From the NCBI GenBank assembly GCA_964590815.1, contig CAZPYR010000001.1, positions 1-51,514 of the forward strand: a stretch of 51,514 bases of DNA, in the 5' to 3' direction. Under the pieces are notes generated by a model. The model was not told the DNA's origin. It saw only the letters and a list, made by a program, of their open reading frames with translations, and ran no database searches. This document shows, piece by piece, positions 16,283-26,518 of this stretch (within the stretch, counting starts at the first letter, position 1; each line of letters begins with the position of its first letter). This DNA comes from an uncultured Gammaproteobacteria bacterium (GTDB taxonomy: Bacteria > Patescibacteriota > Microgenomatia > UBA1406 > GWC2-37-13). Both the position numbers and the translations under genes were made by a program.

Positions 16283-17236
16283 CTATTTGAATTTTTTGGA
16301 TTCGGGATGATGATGGGTGGTCAGATAGCGAACAGTTTTTGAAGCACTTCTCATGACGACAGAGTGGGTGATAATATAATCCGAAGTGAAATTAACCCCC
16401 GCTAATAAAGGGCCATCAATTACACCAGTTGCTGTAAAAGAAAGGAAGTCTCCCTTTGCCAAGTCTTCAGTTGTGTAGATTTTATCTTTTTTTATATCTA
16501 ATTCATCCATTTTTTTTGAATCAGCTTCATTGCGTGGTTGGAATCGAATATGGATTGCGCCGCCCAGTATCTTTACTGCAACAGCAGCTAAAACACCTTC
16601 GGTACTTCCACCGGTACCGATGAGCATATCTATAGGGTTTTCTTTTTGACATGTCGCAACTGCAACAGCCACATCTCCATCACTTATCATTCGTAGGCGA
16701 GCCCCTGATTCGCGGATTTCATGTATCAGCTTTTCATGTCGTGGCCGATCTAGGACACATACTGTTATCTCTTCAATATCTTTTCCTAATGCTTTGGCAG
16801 TCTTTGCGATATTGTCTTTTACAGGAGCATCTAAATCAATTACATCTTTAGCAGCTGGTCCTACTGCAATTTTCCACATATAGGTATCTGGAGCCATGAG
16901 TAAACTGTGGCGAGGACCGGTAGTAATGACAGTGAGTGCGTTATATCTGCCAAAGGCTACACTATCGGTACATTCCAAAGGATCAACTGCTATATCCATT
17001 TCTGGCCCTTTACCATTTCCAACCCGTTCTCCAGTATAAAGTTCTGGGGCTTTGTCTTTACTGCCTTCGCCAATGACGATAGTGCCTGAAAAGTCTATTG
17101 TGTTAAACCATTTACGCATGGCATCTACAGCTGCTTTATCTGCTGCTATTTTATTTCCTTTTCCAATAAATCTAGCTGCTTCTATTGCGGCCGCTTCTGT
17201 TACACGGACAAATTCAAGTGCTAAATTTTTATCCAT
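16283..17236 (-). CDS. glpX: Class II fructose-1,6-bisphosphatase (GlpX type)
   Basis: LALEFVRVTEAAAIEAARFIGKGNKIAADKAAVDAMR...DPLECT...GTGGSTEGVLAA matches GlpX over the full length. Confidence 0.9.
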   Translation of the reverse strand: MDKNLALEFVRVTEAAAIEAARFIGKGNKIAADKAAVDAMRKWFNTIDFSGTIVIGEGSKDKAPELYTGERVGNGKGPEMDIAVDPLECTDSVAFGRYNALTVITTGPRHSLLMAPDTYMWKIAVGPAAKDVIDLDAPVKDNIAKTAKALGKDIEEITVCVLDRPRHEKLIHEIRESGARLRMISDGDVAVAVATCQKENPIDMLIGTGGSTEGVLAAVAVKILGGAIHIRFQPRNEADSKKMDELDIKKDKIYTTEDLAKGDFLSFTATGVIDGPLLAGVNFTSDYIITHSVVMRSASKTVRYLTTHHHPESKKFK

Positions 17237-17240
17237 AATA

Positions 17241-18437
17241 TTATTTTTTTAAAGCCTCGAGTCCAGGTAGGGTACCCTTTTCTATAAATTCCAACATAGC
17301 ACCTCCGCCTGTAGAAATGTGAGTAATTTTATCCAAATATTCTTTTTTTGAAATAGCCGCCAATGTGTCTCCACCCCCAACAACTGATATCGCTTCAGTA
17401 TTATTGGTTATAGCATAATAAACAAAATCAGTACCTTGTCTGTAGTGGGGGTTTTCAAAATATCCGACCGGGCCATTCCAAATGATGGTCTTTGCTTTTG
17501 CGATAACTGTTCCAATGCGTGCAGAGGTTTCTGGCCCTATATCTAAGATTTGACCACTGTCAGGAACATTCTTGATTTTATAAACCATCCCTCCTTTTTC
17601 CAGTTCTTGTGGATTTCCAATGATACAATCCATTGGTAAGATAAGTTCTACGTTTTGAGCTTTAGCTTTAGTAATTAGCTCTAGGGCAATGTCTTTTTTT
17701 TCTACCTGTGCATAACTTTCACCAATATTATATCCTTGTGCAAACAAAAAAGTATTAGCTAATCCACCTCCGATAATTACTGAATCGGAAATATCTATTA
17801 GTTTATCGATTATATGTATTTTAGAATCTATTTTTGCTCCACCCACAATTGACACAACTGGTTCTTGTGCATTTTTAAGAACTTTTGTTATCATTTCGAT
17901 CTCCTTTTTGAGTAGAATTCCCCCAAACGAAGGTAAGTATTTAGTAATACCTACCACAGAGGCAGCAGGCCTGTGTGATACTCCAAAAGCATCATTTACA
18001 TAAATCTCAGCCAAGGAGGCAAGGTTTTTAGCAAAATCTTCATTGTTATCTTTTTCCCCTGGGTAGTAACGAGTATTTTCCAATACATAAATCTCATTGT
18101 TTTTTTGATTTTCAAAAGTTTTTTTGTCTTCGGTGAGAAAATCGTTAATGAGGCGTATTGGATTGTTCGGAAGATATTCGTGTAGTTGGTTGCAAACGAT
18201 TTTCATTGAGTATTTTGGATCTCTGTTTTCTTTAGGACGACCTAAATGAGACGCTATAATAATCCTATTATTATTTTTGAGCAAAAACTCTATTGTAGGT
18301 ATGCTTTGACGGATACGGGCATCATCGGCGATCGTGAGATTATTTGGATTTAACGAGACGTTAAAATCTACTCGCAATAGAATTGTTTTATTTTGTATTT
18401 GTTCATCCTGGATAAATCGTATATGTTTCTCTTCCAT
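17241..18437 (-). CDS. pgk: Phosphoglycerate kinase
   Basis: LLRVDFNVSL, ASHLGRP, LENTRYY, GGGDTLAAI and STGGGAMLEF. The start is moved to ATG 18437 (MEEKHIRF), 4 nt after the gap stop codon. Confidence 0.9.
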   Translation of the reverse strand: MEEKHIRFIQDEQIQNKTILLRVDFNVSLNPNNLTIADDARIRQSIPTIEFLLKNNNRIIIASHLGRPKENRDPKYSMKIVCNQLHEYLPNNPIRLINDFLTEDKKTFENQKNNEIYVLENTRYYPGEKDNNEDFAKNLASLAEIYVNDAFGVSHRPAASVVGITKYLPSFGGILLKKEIEMITKVLKNAQEPVVSIVGGAKIDSKIHIIDKLIDISDSVIIGGGLANTFLFAQGYNIGESYAQVEKKDIALELITKAKAQNVELILPMDCIIGNPQELEKGGMVYKIKNVPDSGQILDIGPETSARIGTVIAKAKTIIWNGPVGYFENPHYRQGTDFVYYAITNNTEAISVVGGGDTLAAISKKEYLDKITHISTGGGAMLEFIEKGTLPGLEALKK

Positions 18438-18441
18438 AATA

Positions 18442-19458
18442 TTAGGAATGTATAATACTTGCAATTTTTTCAACAACATCGACCAATCTTGTTGAATATC
18501 CCCATTCATTATCATACCAACCATAGACTTTTACGAAATGTCCGTCAATAACTTTTGTATAGTGTGGATCAAAAATACACGAATACGGAGTTCCAATTAT
18601 GTCAGATGAAACAATTATATCCTCTGTATATCCCATTATCCCTTTCATTGTTGTTTCAGACGCATCCTTAAAAGCTTGATTCACTGCTTCAATTGATGTC
18701 TCAGATTCAACAACTGCTGAAATGTCTGTAAAAGAGCCTGTGGGAACAGGTACGCGCATTGCCATACCATCAATTTTGCCCTTTAGTTCAGGCAATACTT
18801 TTACAACTGCTTTGGCGGCGCCCGTGGTAGAAGGGATGATATTCAGAGCTGCCGCTCTAGATCTTTCCGTGTTTTTGCCTGCATCATCAAGTAAACTCTG
18901 TGTGAGGGTATAGGCGTGTATAGTTGATAGATTCCCATATTTCACCATAAATGCATCATTTAGTATTTTAAACATAGGTGCTGCACAATTGGTTGTGCAA
19001 GATGCATTTGATATAACTTGTTCCGCATTCCAATCCACTTTATCATCATTGACACCTAGAACAACGTGAGTAGTATCATCTTTTGAAGGAGCAGTAAGTA
19101 ACACTTTTTTAACGGAACCTTTTATATGCTTGGTCAATTCTTCTTTCGTAGTAAAAGCCCCTGTCGCATCCACGACAACATCTACTTCACTGGCTTCCCA
19201 AGGGATAGTCTCTGGTGTGGCAATTTGTGTAGTTTTTATATCAGTTCCTCCAACTTGAATACCGGTTTCAGATGCGTAGATAGGCATTTCGAATTTACGA
19301 TATACTGAGTCGTACTTAAGTAGATACGCAAGCATATCATTTGGCGTTTTTCGGGTATTTATGTGTACGACTTCAAACATATTGCGTAGAGTTGCGATGC
19401 GTGTAAACGCACGGCCAATTCTTCCAAAACCATTGATTCCAACTCTTAATTTTTTCAT
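18442..19458 (-). CDS. gap: Glyceraldehyde-3-phosphate dehydrogenase
   Basis: INGFGRIGR, SNASCTTNC and WYDNEWGYS. Confidence 0.95.
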   Translation of the reverse strand: MKKLRVGINGFGRIGRAFTRIATLRNMFEVVHINTRKTPNDMLAYLLKYDSVYRKFEMPIYASETGIQVGGTDIKTTQIATPETIPWEASEVDVVVDATGAFTTKEELTKHIKGSVKKVLLTAPSKDDTTHVVLGVNDDKVDWNAEQVISNASCTTNCAAPMFKILNDAFMVKYGNLSTIHAYTLTQSLLDDAGKNTERSRAAALNIIPSTTGAAKAVVKVLPELKGKIDGMAMRVPVPTGSFTDISAVVESETSIEAVNQAFKDASETTMKGIMGYTEDIIVSSDIIGTPYSCIFDPHYTKVIDGHFVKVYGWYDNEWGYSTRLVDVVEKIASIIHS

Positions 19459-19491
19459 AGATAAATAAAAAATTATTAATATTTTGTAGCG

Positions 19492-20397
19492 TTATTTTTC
19501 ATTATATACCTTAAGAGCTTCTTCTACCGATTTATTTTCTACTGTTATGGCATAGATTGCATTACAGAAACGTACTGCTTCCTCAAGTGGCCGTTGGTGA
19601 ATATTTCGACCCGTAGCATTACCGGCTGCTCCGCCTATATGTATCTGATCATGAAGTCCTTTCAAAAAACTTTCAACCGAAGTAGAAGATCCACCGGCAC
19701 ACACTAGTTTAGTACGTCCAGCTGCTTGAGTTGCAATTTTTAGCATTTCAGCGGAAATATGTCCCTCTTTTTTAGGTGGGTTTACTTTGACAAAATCAGC
19801 ACCAAGAGTCGCGACTGTACCGGCTGCCCCTGCAATAATCTCAGGAGATTTTTCGTCCATCAGAGCTTTACCACGAGGATAGCACCATATGACTGATAGG
19901 AGACCATATTGATGTGCTTCATAAATTGCTTGTGCAGCTTCAGTTAGCATTGCTGATTCATTCTCACTCCCTATATAAAGCGTATAACCAATTCCCAGAA
20001 TATTTAAACCGCTGTTTTCTTTAAATTCTATTATCTGTTCTATATCAAACCATGCACGACTAACAGGATCAGACTGTGAGACGCCAACAATATTTGTTTT
20101 AGAATTTACTTTTACTAAGTAGGGCACATCCTTGTAATCCATGCCATAGCGAGCTACAAGACCAAGTTGACTGGCAAAAACACCAATGTTAGCTTTGGAG
20201 GCAATGCGAAACATATGCTCGGGGTCATTGTCTTCTGGAGAAATGCCATCACCATAAAAATCTTCATTTAAGTGCTCTATCTTTTGATCTCCCGCAAATA
20301 GCATCAGGCGGCCGGAATCATTCGTAATCTTTCGATAATTTTCTTCATAGAGTGCGTGTGCATCTTTAGGAATGTCAGCAGGTATATGGATTTTCAT
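19492..20397 (-). CDS. Class I fructose-bisphosphate aldolase, archaeal/DhnA (FbaB) type
   Basis: DeoC/FbaB-family TIM-barrel pattern (GADFVKVNPP with a Schiff-base Lys candidate, and GGAAGNATGRNI). It heads an operon with gap, pgk and glpX. The start is moved to ATG 20397 (MKIHIPADIP). Confidence 0.7.
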   Translation of the reverse strand: MKIHIPADIPKDAHALYEENYRKITNDSGRLMLFAGDQKIEHLNEDFYGDGISPEDNDPEHMFRIASKANIGVFASQLGLVARYGMDYKDVPYLVKVNSKTNIVGVSQSDPVSRAWFDIEQIIEFKENSGLNILGIGYTLYIGSENESAMLTEAAQAIYEAHQYGLLSVIWCYPRGKALMDEKSPEIIAGAAGTVATLGADFVKVNPPKKEGHISAEMLKIATQAAGRTKLVCAGGSSTSVESFLKGLHDQIHIGGAAGNATGRNIHQRPLEEAVRFCNAIYAITVENKSVEEALKVYNEK

Positions 20398-20524
20398 AAA
20401 AAAAAGATTAAATGATAATATATTATGTCGTTGAAACAATGATAGCATATCCTATCTGACACTATCATACATTTTATAAAGTGTTTGTCAATATGGCTTA
20501 CCTGGTGTAAGATGACTTATACAT

Positions 20525-20914
20525 ATGGATGACTGCATTTTTTGTAAAATAGTACAGGGAACTATACCAGCTTACACGGTATATGAAGATGCACATTATA
20601 TGGCTTTTCTTGATATATTTCCAAGAGTAAAAGGGCATACATTACTTATTCCCAAGAAGCATTATCGATGGGTGTATGATGTTCCAGAATTTGGAGAATA
20701 TTGGGAAATAGCCCGTAAAGTCGCAAATTCAGTACAAAAGAAAACAAAATCTTCATTTACGAGTTTTATAACTATGGGGGAAGAGGTGCCACATGCGCAT
20801 ATCCATATTTTGCCTCAGCGCACAAATACGTCGGCAGGTATAACCTTTGCTAAGGTTATACCTATGTCAAAACAGGAACTATTGCAACTTGCTGAGGATA
20901 TAAAAAATAATTGA
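20525..20914 (+). CDS. HIT family nucleotide hydrolase
   Basis: CIFCKI at the N-terminus and the histidine triad HAHIHILP. Confidence 0.9.
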   Translation: MDDCIFCKIVQGTIPAYTVYEDAHYMAFLDIFPRVKGHTLLIPKKHYRWVYDVPEFGEYWEIARKVANSVQKKTKSSFTSFITMGEEVPHAHIHILPQRTNTSAGITFAKVIPMSKQELLQLAEDIKNN

Positions 20915-20924
20915 CGACTGAATT

Positions 20925-21842
20925 ATGAAAAAAATTTTCTACAGAAATCTCCGTGATAAAAAACTTCAGACGATTGAACAATTTAGAGTCGGTTCATGGA
21001 TACATATTGAGGAACCCTCAGAACAGGACCTCATAGAACTTTGTGATGTATTTCATCTTGACGAAGGATTGCTTGCAGATGCTTTGGATATCTATGAAGT
21101 GCCTCGTATGGAAGTAGAAGACGGAATTGTATACATATTCACGCGATATCCTTTTAAAAAAAAAGATCAAGTTTCTACTAATCCATTGCTTTTTGTTATT
21201 GCTAAAGAAGTTTTTATCACCATTACGAGAGAAAAGTTTTTTTTACTTGATAATTTCTTAGAGCGTTATGACTTTTATACTACGCAAAAAAACAAACTAT
21301 TACTTCATCATTTTAGACTTATAGATAATGCCTACAATACCTATTTCCATACGATAAGTCGACAAATACGAAGTAGTGCGTACGAACTTGAAAAAATCAC
21401 AAATAAAGATATTATCCAGTTTGTAAACTATGAACGAGTCCTGAATGATTTTCATCTGGCCTTGGTTCGTATGAACGCAGTTTTAAATAGTCTGACTGGA
21501 CATCATATTATTAAATTTTATGAAGAAGATAAAGAACTGATTGAAGATCTATTCCTCAGTAATGATCAGTTGATTCAGCTTTCAAAAGAAAATCTTCGGA
21601 GTATAGTAAATATTCGCGATGCTTATACCACGATTATGACCAATAATACCAACAGAGTTATTCGTTTTTTCACCTCAATTACCGTAATTTTAACTATCCC
21701 TATGATTGTGACAAGTATGTATGGCATGAATGTCGGCCTTCCATTTGCTCAGTCTCCCTGGGCCTTTACCGGTCTTATGCTGTTTACCTTAGTCATCACA
21801 GGCGCGCTTGTGCTTGTTTTTTTGATCAACGATTGGCTTTAG
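20925..21842 (+). CDS. corA: CorA-family Mg2+/Co2+ transporter
   Basis: YGMNV (GMN motif) lies between the two C-terminal TM helices. Confidence 0.9.
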   Translation: MKKIFYRNLRDKKLQTIEQFRVGSWIHIEEPSEQDLIELCDVFHLDEGLLADALDIYEVPRMEVEDGIVYIFTRYPFKKKDQVSTNPLLFVIAKEVFITITREKFFLLDNFLERYDFYTTQKNKLLLHHFRLIDNAYNTYFHTISRQIRSSAYELEKITNKDIIQFVNYERVLNDFHLALVRMNAVLNSLTGHHIIKFYEEDKELIEDLFLSNDQLIQLSKENLRSIVNIRDAYTTIMTNNTNRVIRFFTSITVILTIPMIVTSMYGMNVGLPFAQSPWAFTGLMLFTLVITGALVLVFLINDWL

Positions 21843-23980
21843 TTTGGTTTTTCAACTGAAATATGTATTTTATTTCCTTTTAAATCAGCGGTAACTGTAT
21901 CTCCTGGCCTAATTTTATTTTCCACAACTTGTAGGGCTATTTCATCAATAATAAGTTCATTGATTACTCGTTTTAATGGACGGGCGCCATATATCGGATC
22001 AAAGCCGAGACTAGCCAGATGATCTTTTAGTTTATTGCTAATTTTAAATTTTAGTTGTTGACGATCTAGTCTTTTTGTCACAGCTGCAATTTGAATATCT
22101 ACTATAGTTCTCATCATTGTTTCATCAAGTGGGTTAAATATTACAACGGAGTCCAATCTGTTGATAAATTCAGGTTTAAAGAAAGTTTTAAGCTGATCGG
22201 TGATTTGTAGTTCTCGTTCTTTTTTATCTAGGTTTTGAGCGTAAATATCACTGCCTAAATTGGAGGTGAGAATAATAATGGTATTTTTGAAATTTACGAT
22301 GTGTCCTTTTCCATCAGTAAGTCGTCCGTCATCTAGAATTTGGAGGAATGTATTAAAAACGAGAGGGTGTGCTTTTTCTATTTCATCAAAAAGGAGTACA
22401 GAGTATGGTCGCCTGCGTACTGCTTCAGTAAGCTGCCCGCCTTCCTCATATCCTACATATCCTGGTGGAGCACCTACTAGTCGTGCGATACTATGCTGCT
22501 CCTGGTATTCACTCATATCGATCCGAATCATTGCATTTTTATCATCAAAAAGAGCGTATGCTAGAGCTCTAGCAGTTTCTGTTTTGCCCACACCAGTCGG
22601 TCCTAAAAAGAGGAATGATCCGATGGGTTTGTTTTCTTCGCTGAGTCCAGCGCGTGATCTTCGAATGGCGTTTGCGATTTTATGAAGAGCTTGATCTTGT
22701 CCGACTACTTGTCCTTGTAAGTCTTTTTCAAGGTGGGCAAGCTTTTCAGATTCTGATGCCATAAGTCGAGTCACTGGGATATTAGTCCAGCGAGCGACAA
22801 TTCGTGAGATGTCTTCTTCTGTCACTGATTCCTGGATAATCCGATCTTCTGCAGGTATAGTTTTCCATTCTTTTTCAAGTTCAGTGATATCTTTTTCAAT
22901 TTGAGGTATCTTGCCGTACTTGATTTCTGCTGCTTTATTGAGATCTACTTCACGCTCCGCTCGTTCCAGATCCGCCTTACATTTATCCAGATCTACCCGG
23001 CTTTTTTGAAGTCGTGAAATAAGCTTTTTTTGTTCGTTCCATTTTTTTTGCAATGTATCAAATTTAGTTTGCAAGTTACGACGCTCAACATCAAGAGATT
23101 CTTTGCGTTTTTCCAGTCCTTTTTCCTTTTTTAATGCAGCAAGCTCAATATCAAGCTGCATGATGCGCCGACGTATTTCATCCAGTGATAAGGGCATGGA
23201 TTCGACTTCAATTTTAGCAGCTGAAGCAGCTTCATCAATAAGATCAATTGCTTTATCTGGCAAGTATCTATCGGTAATATAGCGAGTAGAAAGTTCGACT
23301 GCGGCAAAGAGTGCATCATCTGAAATTTTGATGCCATGATGAACTTCATATTTTTCTTTGATTCCACGTAATATTGCAAGAGAATCTTCTTTCGTGGGTT
23401 CATCAATATATACAGGTTGAAAGCGTCTTTCAAAGGCTTGGTCTTTTTCAATATACTGTCGGTATTCACGAATAGTGGTTGCACCAATAGTCCGCAGTTC
23501 GCCGCGAGCGAGCGCCGGCTTAAGCATATTACTGGCATCTACAGCACCTTGAGCCCCGCCTGCACCAACAAGAGTATGAAGTTCATCTATAAAAAGAATA
23601 TACTTTCCGTCACTTTCGGTAATTTTTTTTAGAATATTCTTGAGTCTTTGTTCAAATTCACCGCGGTAGGCTGCTCCTGCAAGAAGTGCAGCTAAATCCA
23701 AAGATAGAATCTCTTTATTTTTCAATGTATCTGGCACATCACCACTTATGATTCGTTGTGCTAGTCCTTCTATAATCGCTGTCTTTCCCACACCGGGATC
23801 TCCCAGCAATACCGGATTGTTTTTTGTACGGCGTGAAAGAATTTGCATTACACGTCGAATTTCAGTATCACGGCCAATAACTGGATCAAGTTTTCCTTTA
23901 TTAGCCTGAATCGTAATATTGATAGTAAATTGTTCAAAAGGATCTCCTTGTTCTTGAGGAGGTTGATAATTCATTTGCAT
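21839..23980 (-). CDS. clpB: ClpB-type AAA+ disaggregase lacking the N-terminal domain
   Basis: Two Walker A sites (GDPGVGKT and GPTGVGKT), a long coiled-coil M-domain between the NBDs, and sensor motifs. The protein starts ~20 aa before LDPVIGRD (the start of NBD1), so the ~150-aa N-domain is absent. Confidence 0.9.
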   Translation of the reverse strand: MQMNYQPPQEQGDPFEQFTINITIQANKGKLDPVIGRDTEIRRVMQILSRRTKNNPVLLGDPGVGKTAIIEGLAQRIISGDVPDTLKNKEILSLDLAALLAGAAYRGEFEQRLKNILKKITESDGKYILFIDELHTLVGAGGAQGAVDASNMLKPALARGELRTIGATTIREYRQYIEKDQAFERRFQPVYIDEPTKEDSLAILRGIKEKYEVHHGIKISDDALFAAVELSTRYITDRYLPDKAIDLIDEAASAAKIEVESMPLSLDEIRRRIMQLDIELAALKKEKGLEKRKESLDVERRNLQTKFDTLQKKWNEQKKLISRLQKSRVDLDKCKADLERAEREVDLNKAAEIKYGKIPQIEKDITELEKEWKTIPAEDRIIQESVTEEDISRIVARWTNIPVTRLMASESEKLAHLEKDLQGQVVGQDQALHKIANAIRRSRAGLSEENKPIGSFLFLGPTGVGKTETARALAYALFDDKNAMIRIDMSEYQEQHSIARLVGAPPGYVGYEEGGQLTEAVRRRPYSVLLFDEIEKAHPLVFNTFLQILDDGRLTDGKGHIVNFKNTIIILTSNLGSDIYAQNLDKKERELQITDQLKTFFKPEFINRLDSVVIFNPLDETMMRTIVDIQIAAVTKRLDRQQLKFKISNKLKDHLASLGFDPIYGARPLKRVINELIIDEIALQVVENKIRPGDTVTADLKGNKIHISVEKPN

Positions 23981-23986
23981 ATATTA

Positions 23987-24013
23987 TTAGCAATTAATAA
24001 GATCAAGTGCTAA
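23987..24013. promoter_or_regulatory. CIRCE-like inverted repeat (candidate HrcA operator) in the clpB 5' region
   Basis: TTAGCAATT-N9-AAGTGCTAA compares with the CIRCE consensus TTAGCACTC-N9-GAGTGCTAA. The outer TTAGCA/TGCTAA halves are perfect and 7 of 9 arm positions are self-complementary. It lies between the -10 element and the ATG of clpB. Confidence 0.55.
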
Positions 24014-24016
24014 ATA

Positions 24017-24045
24017 ATTATAACGAGTAAGCATTTCTTTTGCAA
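24017..24045 (-). promoter_or_regulatory. Sigma70-type promoter of clpB
   Basis: On the minus strand: TTGCAA (24045..24040), a 17-nt spacer, then TATAAT (24022..24017). The CIRCE-like repeat follows 3 nt later. Confidence 0.6.
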
Positions 24046-24116
24046 GTTAAAAATGTGTATAAAATATGTTATACTTTATGATACATTTTTTATTATAAAG
24101 ATGTATTTTTTGATAC

Positions 24117-26006
24117 ATGTATTTTGAAAAAGATAGTATTGTCGACAATGAAGTAGTATCGTTGCCACAGTCCGACCCATATGATGGTAGCCTTTCCGAG
24201 ATAGCGGAGAAAAGATTACCTACCACTTGGGAAGAATTCCTTCAAGAAATGCAATTTGCCGATCCTCGACTGGTAGCTTTCAAAAAAAATTATTGGGAAT
24301 TCTACCTTCTCCAAAAAGCCAAAGAAGATCAAACTATCAGATTGATGATGGATGAAGTGCTTACACGAACATATCAACTCTATCCTCCCGAAGAAGCATA
24401 TGAAATATCTCGATTTTATGTTTTTATCACGGTCTTAACACAAAAGAATGAAGTATTGAGTGCAAGTGGTCGCGATCAAACAGTAAGGAAGAAAGAAATG
24501 GATGCACAAGGGAATTTACAGCCTACTATCAAACACACAACGGAAGTTTATTTAGGAGGGCTTACAATAGATGGTGAAGCCGTAGATCCAGCTACTGCTA
24601 TGACACTAAAAGGTCATGACGTATATGAAGACTGTGGTATGTTTGTAGAAGATGAGCAAGGAAATAAGACCAGAGAGTGGATAGGAAAAGATACATTGCT
24701 CGATATTATAGAAAGTGAATTCAAATATAAAGAAGAATTATCGATTGCTTTACTGGGCATGTCAAAATACGATCGAGTACCAGAAGAAATAAGAATAGCT
24801 TCCCAAGATTCTCTTTTATATGACTGTCTTGATCATTTTATTGCCGCAGCTTATAAAAGGGAAGGAAAAATGGAAACAATCATGAGTGATCCTGATCTTT
24901 GGGAAAAACATCATGATGATATCATGAAAACAATCACTTCCATATTGCGCCTTCGCTACGAAAATTATCTACAGTTTCAAATAACCGGCGATCTAGAAGC
25001 CTATCTTACCGGAGTTATGAGAGACATGTATCCTAAAGGTAAAGATATTACTGTCAATTTGCCAGATGTAAGTTACGCGGGAAGATTAAGAGCCAGGCTT
25101 ATGGCTACATTAATGCGAGTACTACATTTGGATATTAGTAATCAAATCATGCATAAATTAGCTCTTTCTACAGAAGATGCTTTATTTGACACATTACAAA
25201 CAAAGCCATTAGCGGAAAAACTGAACCAGAAGCATTTTAAGGAAGATAAAGATATGCAAATGGAGCACTTTATTAGTGAAGAATTAGGTATATCAGCTAA
25301 AGCAAATCTTGGTTATAGAATAAGTTTTCTTGACGAGGCTGCCAATTCTGAAGAAGAACCCTATGCTGCATTCCAAATCCTTGTTGAAGTAAATACTGAG
25401 AATTATGATGAGTTAATTGCCGGTCTCAAAGCACACATCAATAATCCAGCACTACAAGCGTTTATTGAAGGAAAAGGAGAACTTAGAGTTGAAGAATTCA
25501 ATGGTGTCTTACAAAAAATTATTGAAGTGTTAGGTCGGAAAAATTGTATGTTTGAAATAAAAGATGAATCAGGTAATGTTATTCATTACATACGAATTGT
25601 GGAAAAAAAACCGCGGATGTCGGATCGTATTTTGTTAGATAGAAAAGATATGGTAAAATCCCCAGAAGATAAATTTTTCGCACCACCGATTGATCCAACT
25701 ACCGCTGTTCAAAAATTTCTCAATATGCAGTTATTATTGTTTAATGCAGAATATTTAAAAGGAAAAGGAGATAGAATAGTAGTGCTCGTATGGGATGGTG
25801 GTGTGACTACCTGTGCAACCATACAAGAACTGCGTGAGTTAAGTGGGCAGTTAGGTATAACAGAAAAAGAATATACGTTCGTTGAATTAATGGCAGAGGA
25901 CAGACTGATTGACTGGAACAGTCTACCAGAATATCCCTTTTATTATGCAAAACGCAATAGTGATTTCGGGTTTATGGGACAAGATGATTTTTTGCAATCA
26001 GTTTAA
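24117..26006 (+). CDS. Hypothetical protein, 629 aa, acidic, no recognisable domain
   Basis: A long uninterrupted ORF with no TM segment or signal peptide and no motif I can assign. Its 3' end overlaps the msrA 3' end by 35 nt. Confidence 0.6.
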   Translation: MYFEKDSIVDNEVVSLPQSDPYDGSLSEIAEKRLPTTWEEFLQEMQFADPRLVAFKKNYWEFYLLQKAKEDQTIRLMMDEVLTRTYQLYPPEEAYEISRFYVFITVLTQKNEVLSASGRDQTVRKKEMDAQGNLQPTIKHTTEVYLGGLTIDGEAVDPATAMTLKGHDVYEDCGMFVEDEQGNKTREWIGKDTLLDIIESEFKYKEELSIALLGMSKYDRVPEEIRIASQDSLLYDCLDHFIAAAYKREGKMETIMSDPDLWEKHHDDIMKTITSILRLRYENYLQFQITGDLEAYLTGVMRDMYPKGKDITVNLPDVSYAGRLRARLMATLMRVLHLDISNQIMHKLALSTEDALFDTLQTKPLAEKLNQKHFKEDKDMQMEHFISEELGISAKANLGYRISFLDEAANSEEEPYAAFQILVEVNTENYDELIAGLKAHINNPALQAFIEGKGELRVEEFNGVLQKIIEVLGRKNCMFEIKDESGNVIHYIRIVEKKPRMSDRILLDRKDMVKSPEDKFFAPPIDPTTAVQKFLNMQLLLFNAEYLKGKGDRIVVLVWDGGVTTCATIQELRELSGQLGITEKEYTFVELMAEDRLIDWNSLPEYPFYYAKRNSDFGFMGQDDFLQSV

Positions 26007-26508
26007 GTTTTTGTATTTTAGGATCAATCACAATCTGGCAATAAGGGTATTCTCTATTGTCTTTATAATAATTTTTATGATAGTCTTCAGCTTCATAAAA
26101 ACTGGTATAAGGTGATATTTCAGTCACAATAAGATCTTCATATTCTTTTTGTATTTCCTGTTTGGTTTTTTCAGCAATTATTTTTTGCTCGTTATTATGG
26201 AAAAAAATGACAGATCGGTACTGTGTTCCGACATCTGCACCTTGTTTATTGAGGGTTGTGGGATTATGAATATGCCAGAAAACATATAAAATTTCCTCAT
26301 ATGAAATTTCTTGTGAGTCAAATTCTATTTGTATCACTTCCGCATGCCCAGTATTACCGGCAGATACTTCGTCGTATGAAGGATGTGGCAATTCTCCTCC
26401 CGAATACCCAGAAGTGACTTTTTTTATGCCCTTAAGTTGCTGAAAGACAGCTTCACTGCACCAGAAACAGCCCATGCCAAGTGTCGCTTTTTGTAGAGTG
26501 TTTGTCAT
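25972..26508 (-). CDS. msrA: Peptide methionine (S)-sulfoxide reductase
   Basis: ATLGMGCFWCSEAVFQ and GHAEVIQIEFD. Confidence 0.95.
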   Translation of the reverse strand: MTNTLQKATLGMGCFWCSEAVFQQLKGIKKVTSGYSGGELPHPSYDEVSAGNTGHAEVIQIEFDSQEISYEEILYVFWHIHNPTTLNKQGADVGTQYRSVIFFHNNEQKIIAEKTKQEIQKEYEDLIVTEISPYTSFYEAEDYHKNYYKDNREYPYCQIVIDPKIQKLKLIAKNHLVP

Positions 26509-26518
26509 AAGATGGATA

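Noticed and set aside
20440-20467. TGATAG-N16-CTATCA inverted repeat with an internal CTATC, upstream of the fba operon.
   Set aside because: The 5-6 nt arms are short and sit in AT-rich DNA, so they could easily arise by chance. There is no second copy in the window and no known regulator motif I can tie to it.
20485-20513. TTGTCA-N17-TAAGAT promoter-like sequence upstream of the HIT gene.
   Set aside because: It is plausible but the -10 is weak, and the 11-nt distance to the ATG fits neither the leaderless pattern nor a normal leader. I left it unannotated.
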